Shown here piece by piece: positions 28,891 to 32,000 of a stretch of DNA of 32,000 bases (positions are counted from its first letter, which is position 1; every line of letters starts with the position of its first letter). The position numbers and the translations under genes are program-made. The stretch is from Synechococcus sp. A15-24 (lineage in GTDB: Bacteria; Cyanobacteriota; Cyanobacteriia; PCC-6307; Cyanobiaceae): positions 900,001 to 932,000 of the forward strand of contig NZ_CP047960.1 of NCBI RefSeq assembly GCF_014280195.1, read 5' to 3'. The notes beneath the pieces are model-generated. The model was given only the letters and a program-made list of their open reading frames with translations. It ran no database searches and was not told where the DNA came from.

Positions 28891-29865
28891 ATGAGCTTCG
28901 CTAAGAAGGCTCTTCTCGTCTCTTCCGTGCTTGCCCTTGGGGCTGGCATGTCCGCCTCCGCCGCAGAAAAACTGAACGGTGCTGGCGCTTCTTTCCCCGC
29001 CAAGATCTACCAGCGTTGGTTCGCTGATCTGGCCAAGTCCGGTGGCCCTCAGGTCAACTACCAGGCTGTCGGTTCCGGCTCCGGCCGTAAGGCTTTCATA
29101 GACCAGACCGTGAACTTCGGTGCATCGGATGATCCGATGAAGAAGAAGGACATGGCCAAGGTCAAGCGCGGCGTGGTCCAGATCCCCATGGTTGGCGGCA
29201 CCATCGCCTTCGGCTACAACAAGCCCGGTTGTGATCTGAAGCTCACCCAGGAGCAGGCCGTCATGGTCGCCATGGGTCAGATCCGTAACTGGCAAGACCT
29301 CGGCTGCCAGCCTGGCACCATCACCTGGGTGCACCGTTCCGATGGCTCCGGCACCACCAAGGCCTTCACTAACTCCATGCAGGCCTTCTCCTCCAAGTGG
29401 ACCCTGGGCACCGGTAAGTCCGTCAAGTGGCCTGCAGGCGTTGGCGCCAAGGGCAACTCCGGTGTTGCCGGTGTTATCCAGAACCGTATGGGTGCCATCG
29501 GTTACGTCAACCAGTCCTACATCAAGGGCAAGGTCGTTGCTGCTTCTCTGCAGAACAAGTCCGGTGAGTACCTGAAGCCCTCCGTGACTGCTGGTGCCCG
29601 CGCCCTGAACGGCATTCAGCTGGACAAGGACCTGGCTGGCAAGAACCCCAACCCCACCGCCAAGGGTGCTTATCCCATCGCAACCCTGACCTGGGTTCTG
29701 GCGTACAAGACCGGCAACGGCAAGGACGCCAAGGTTGTTCAGGAAGCCTTCAATTACATGCTGGGCGATGCTGCTCAGGACAAGGCTCCTTCCCTGGGCT
29801 TCGTGCCCCTGAAGGGCGACATCCTGGCCAAGGCCAAGGCTGCTGTGAACAAGATCGGCGAGTGA
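28891..29865 (+). CDS. pstS: periplasmic phosphate-binding protein of the Pst ABC transporter
   Basis: Signal peptide MSFAKKALLVSSVLALGAGMSASA, then GAGASFPAKIY and SDGSGTT. The codon usage looks highly expressed. Confidence 0.94.
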   Translation: MSFAKKALLVSSVLALGAGMSASAAEKLNGAGASFPAKIYQRWFADLAKSGGPQVNYQAVGSGSGRKAFIDQTVNFGASDDPMKKKDMAKVKRGVVQIPMVGGTIAFGYNKPGCDLKLTQEQAVMVAMGQIRNWQDLGCQPGTITWVHRSDGSGTTKAFTNSMQAFSSKWTLGTGKSVKWPAGVGAKGNSGVAGVIQNRMGAIGYVNQSYIKGKVVAASLQNKSGEYLKPSVTAGARALNGIQLDKDLAGKNPNPTAKGAYPIATLTWVLAYKTGNGKDAKVVQEAFNYMLGDAAQDKAPSLGFVPLKGDILAKAKAAVNKIGE

Positions 29866-29876
29866 TGACTGGCTGA

Positions 29877-29899
29877 GCCGTCGGTTGATCCGACGGTTT
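29877..29899 (+). terminator. rho-independent terminator 1 after pstS
   Basis: CCGTCGG-ttgat-CCGACGG followed by TTTT. Confidence 0.7.
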
Positions 29900-29910
29900 T
29901 GAACAGTTTC

Positions 29911-29937
29911 GAGGGGGCCCAAGGGCCCCCTTTTTTT
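29911..29937 (+). terminator. rho-independent terminator 2 after pstS
   Basis: AGGGGGCCC-aa-GGGCCCCCT GC-rich stem followed by TTTTTTT. Confidence 0.85.
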
Positions 29938-29973
29938 ATTCTTTTCTCACTCTTGGACAAAAGTTAGGCGGGT

Positions 29974-30003
29974 CTTAACCGAATCACATCCCGCCCTTTG
30001 CCT
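29974..30003 (+). promoter_or_regulatory. Pho-box-like site upstream of ptrA
   Basis: CTTAACCG aat CACATCCC gcc CTTTGCCT has the same 8-3-8-3-8 layout. The first repeat matches the consensus in 7 of 8 positions; the distal repeats are weaker. Confidence 0.45.
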
Positions 30004-30054
30004 GGGACGCATGTTGCGCTCCATACAGTTCGGATGTATCCGCGGAACATCTCA

Positions 30055-30690
30055 ATGGTTGCGATTCCCTCCCGTGAACTCTCCCCAAGACGTGACGGTT
30101 TCAGGGAATTGCTGGAAACCAACTACCAGAAACGCAACCTTGTTCATCTGACGGCGGGCAGTGTTGTCCCGTTGCTGAAGAACAGCATCTGGCTTGTTAT
30201 GCGCGGCATGGTCAAGCTTGGTGCCGTATCTGTGCATGGCGATGAGTTGCTGCTTGGGCTTGCCGGACCGAACGAGCCTTTTGGTGAACCACTGAGCACG
30301 GTGGAGGCCTATGAAGCGGTGGCACTGAGTGACTGTGACCTTCTCTGCTTGAGCACCAGTGAGGTGGAGCAGGCACCCCAACTCGCTCTGGCGATGATGG
30401 ATGCCATTGGTGCTCGTTACCGGCAGGCCGAGTACATGTTGGCTCTGCTCGGTCTGCGCCGCGTGGAGGAGCGGGTGCGCGGTTTTCTGGAAATGTTGGC
30501 CCAGGACTATGGCCAACCCTGTGACGACGGCTTGCGACTCAATCTGCGGCTGACCCATCAGGAGATGGCCAGTGCTCTGAGCACCACCCGCGTCACGGTG
30601 ACCCGGGTGATCGGTCTGCTGCGTGATGAGGGCTGGTTGAAGATCGATGCCCAGCGGCACCTGGTGATCGCCCACCTGCCACGTCGCTGA
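30055..30690 (+). CDS. ptrA: Crp/Fnr-family transcriptional regulator, PtrA-like (phosphate-stress regulator next to pstS)
   Basis: An N-terminal cNMP-binding-like beta-roll is followed by the C-terminal HTH LTHQEMASALSTTRVTVTRVIGLLRDEGWL. The position next to pstS is as described for marine Synechococcus. The start is ATG 30055; alternatives are 30034 and 29998. Confidence 0.8.
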   Translation: MVAIPSRELSPRRDGFRELLETNYQKRNLVHLTAGSVVPLLKNSIWLVMRGMVKLGAVSVHGDELLLGLAGPNEPFGEPLSTVEAYEAVALSDCDLLCLSTSEVEQAPQLALAMMDAIGARYRQAEYMLALLGLRRVEERVRGFLEMLAQDYGQPCDDGLRLNLRLTHQEMASALSTTRVTVTRVIGLLRDEGWLKIDAQRHLVIAHLPRR

Positions 30691-30711
30691 TTCCTGAGGA
30701 TTCAGGGCATT

Positions 30712-30738
30712 AAAAAGCCGGCACAGAAGTGCCGGCTT
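30712..30738. terminator. strong hairpin terminator between ptrA and tRNA-Pro (T-run on the minus strand)
   Basis: AAGCCGGCAC-agaa-GTGCCGGCTT forms a 10-bp stem. The A5 run on the + strand side reads as a T-run after the hairpin on the minus strand, downstream of the tRNA. Confidence 0.75.
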
Positions 30739-30782
30739 GTGACCTATCGCAGTGCGACGCGGTCGGGGTTTGGACGGTTGGA

Positions 30783-30859
<77 letters not shown>

Positions 30860-30870
30860 GATGCAAATTA

Positions 30871-31263
30871 TCACAGGGCATTCCGCCGCCTGAGTCGTTT
30901 CAGCATGCGAGTGGTCAGCTGATCTCTTGACTGGTTCCCGTACTGCAGAAGGCGCATCTCAGAGGCCATCTGACGCATCTCCTTGAGGTTCATGGCCGCG
31001 AGCCTCAGCTCTGGAAGCGTCCTCCAGGCCCGTGCTCGCATCGGCAGGGTGTTCGGTCCACCGGCCTGGCCGATGTTGATCGTGCCATCGGCCAGCCACT
31101 CAGGGATCAGCACCATCAAGACGGCGATGAGTCCGTAAAGCTCCACCAGCCCCCGTGGGAGTGGATGAAGCCGGCGTCGATCCGTCGGGTCCGGCGGAGC
31201 GCTCACAGCGATCCTCGGTGGAGGTAATGCCCACACCTTGCCACTGACCATTGGCGCATCCAA
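30871..31263 (-). CDS. hypothetical protein with one central hydrophobic helix
   Basis: 130 codons from TTG 31263; ATG 31251 would give 126 aa. Contains LVELYGLIAVLMVLIPEWL. No family recognised. Confidence 0.55.
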   Translation of the reverse strand: MDAPMVSGKVWALPPPRIAVSAPPDPTDRRRLHPLPRGLVELYGLIAVLMVLIPEWLADGTINIGQAGGPNTLPMRARAWRTLPELRLAAMNLKEMRQMASEMRLLQYGNQSRDQLTTRMLKRLRRRNAL

Positions 31264-31273
31264 AGCGCGGTGG

Positions 31274-31429
31274 TCAGATTTGCAATGACCTCGATGCTGG
31301 TGATGGTGGAGTCTCGCGCCAGATCAGTTCAGGACCGCGGCTGGCCTCTGGGGTGCGGGTTGAAAAGACCAAACCGATCACCAGCAGCACCGTCAAACCG
31401 ATCGCGATCAGAACCTGCCGTTCTGTCAT
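31274..31429 (-). CDS. possible small membrane protein (51 aa)
   Basis: ATG 31427-31429 lies 1 nt after the msrA stop. MTERQVLIAIGLTVLLVIGLVFSTR has one TM helix with a positive-inside flank. This is the tail of ORF-track entry 31274-31684, whose upstream part overlaps msrA. Confidence 0.4.
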   Translation of the reverse strand: MTERQVLIAIGLTVLLVIGLVFSTRTPEASRGPELIWRETPPSPASRSLQI

Positions 31430-31430
31430 C

Positions 31431-32000
31431 TCAATCGAGGCGGATCGGGGCATTGTCGCTGCGCAGCACACAGTGGTTGATGCTCCAGTCGTAGGCCGCC
31501 CAGACCGTTGATGGAAGGCGGTAATTGTTCCCGTCGAAGTCACCCAGAACGGTCTGAGTTGGCATGGCGGAGCAGTAGGGACGACTGCCGGGTTTGGCGA
31601 GGTATTGCTGGTGATAAGGCTCAGCGAAGGTAAACGCCTGATCCGCCAGGATCTCCGTGGTGATCGGTCCATACCCCCGTTCATTCAGGGCGTCCTGATA
31701 CGCGGTTCTGCTGGCCTGGGCCAGGCTCATCTGCTGATCTGTCGTGGTGTAGATCGCTGAGCGGTACTGGGTTCCTGTGTCGTTGCCCTGGCGGTTCCCC
31801 TGGGTGGAGTCATGGCATTCCCAGAACAGTTTCAGCAGATCACTGAAATCCACGGCTGGGGTGCTCCAGACCACCCGCACCACTTCGGTGTGGCCGGTTG
31901 TCCCTGTGCAGACCTCTTGATACGTCGGGTTGGATCGCTGACCACCGGCGTAACCCACGGCCGTGGTCACCACACCCGGAAGACGCCAGAACCCCTTCTC
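31431..32000 (-). CDS. msrA: peptide-methionine (S)-S-oxide reductase, N-terminus beyond the window edge
   Basis: [14 protein letters not shown] and YHQQYL are present. The frame stays open to nt 32000 (..[13 protein letters not shown]..), so the listed start 31973 is an artefact. Confidence 0.9.
   Translation of the reverse strand, partial: EKGFWRLPGVVTTAVGYAGGQRSNPTYQEVCTGTTGHTEVVRVVWSTPAVDFSDLLKLFWECHDSTQGNRQGNDTGTQYRSAIYTTTDQQMSLAQASRTAYQDALNERGYGPITTEILADQAFTFAEPYHQQYLAKPGSRPYCSAMPTQTVLGDFDGNNYRLPSTVWAAYDWSINHCVLRSDNAPIRLD

Overview
This is a high-GC segment of picocyanobacterial chromosome. Spot counts on 60-nt lines give about 58-73% GC in the core genes. The gene content (a pstS-ptrA pair, DUF760/DUF4336/DUF1350, sds, glgA) fits a marine Synechococcus best; that assignment is inference. 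From about 4.9 kb to the end the window is an ordinary, tightly packed core region: DUF4336, DUF760, lepB, menD-menB, an L,D-transpeptidase, glgA, murF, glmU, an MnmC-like methyltransferase, aroA, a UbiD-family decarboxylase, a ComB-family phosphatase, a C-N hydrolase, amiC-murI, sds, a HAD hydrolase, acs, DUF1350, bcp, a DEDDh exonuclease, pstS behind a three-repeat Pho box, the Crp-family regulator ptrA with a second Pho-box-like site, tRNA-Pro(GGG) and msrA, which runs off the window. The first ~4.9 kb is different and is the part worth a second look. It holds a tyrosine integrase (3583-4806, minus strand) whose start abuts the core, an excisionase-type HTH gene, and two orphan ORFs lying in 37-40% GC DNA. 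One orphan is an acidic 123-aa protein; the other is a 341-aa protein with a 72-residue uncharged glycine-zipper membrane core. The int/orfD spacer carries a perfect 41-bp tandem duplication plus palindromes. Nine TTGTCCCAGG(G) boxes lie at 724-1011, three of them head-to-tail at 11-bp phase, and two more TGTCCCT cores sit against the integrase start. A 9-bp direct repeat, GCCCAGTTG (647-655 / 4877-4885), brackets the whole set. I read this as a small integrative element with arm-site or iteron-like architecture carrying an uncharacterised cargo module. A membrane-active toxin or abortive-infection-type effector is one possibility, but that function is inference only and I recognise no homology. 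Most long ORFs antisense to the high-GC core genes are treated as artefacts.
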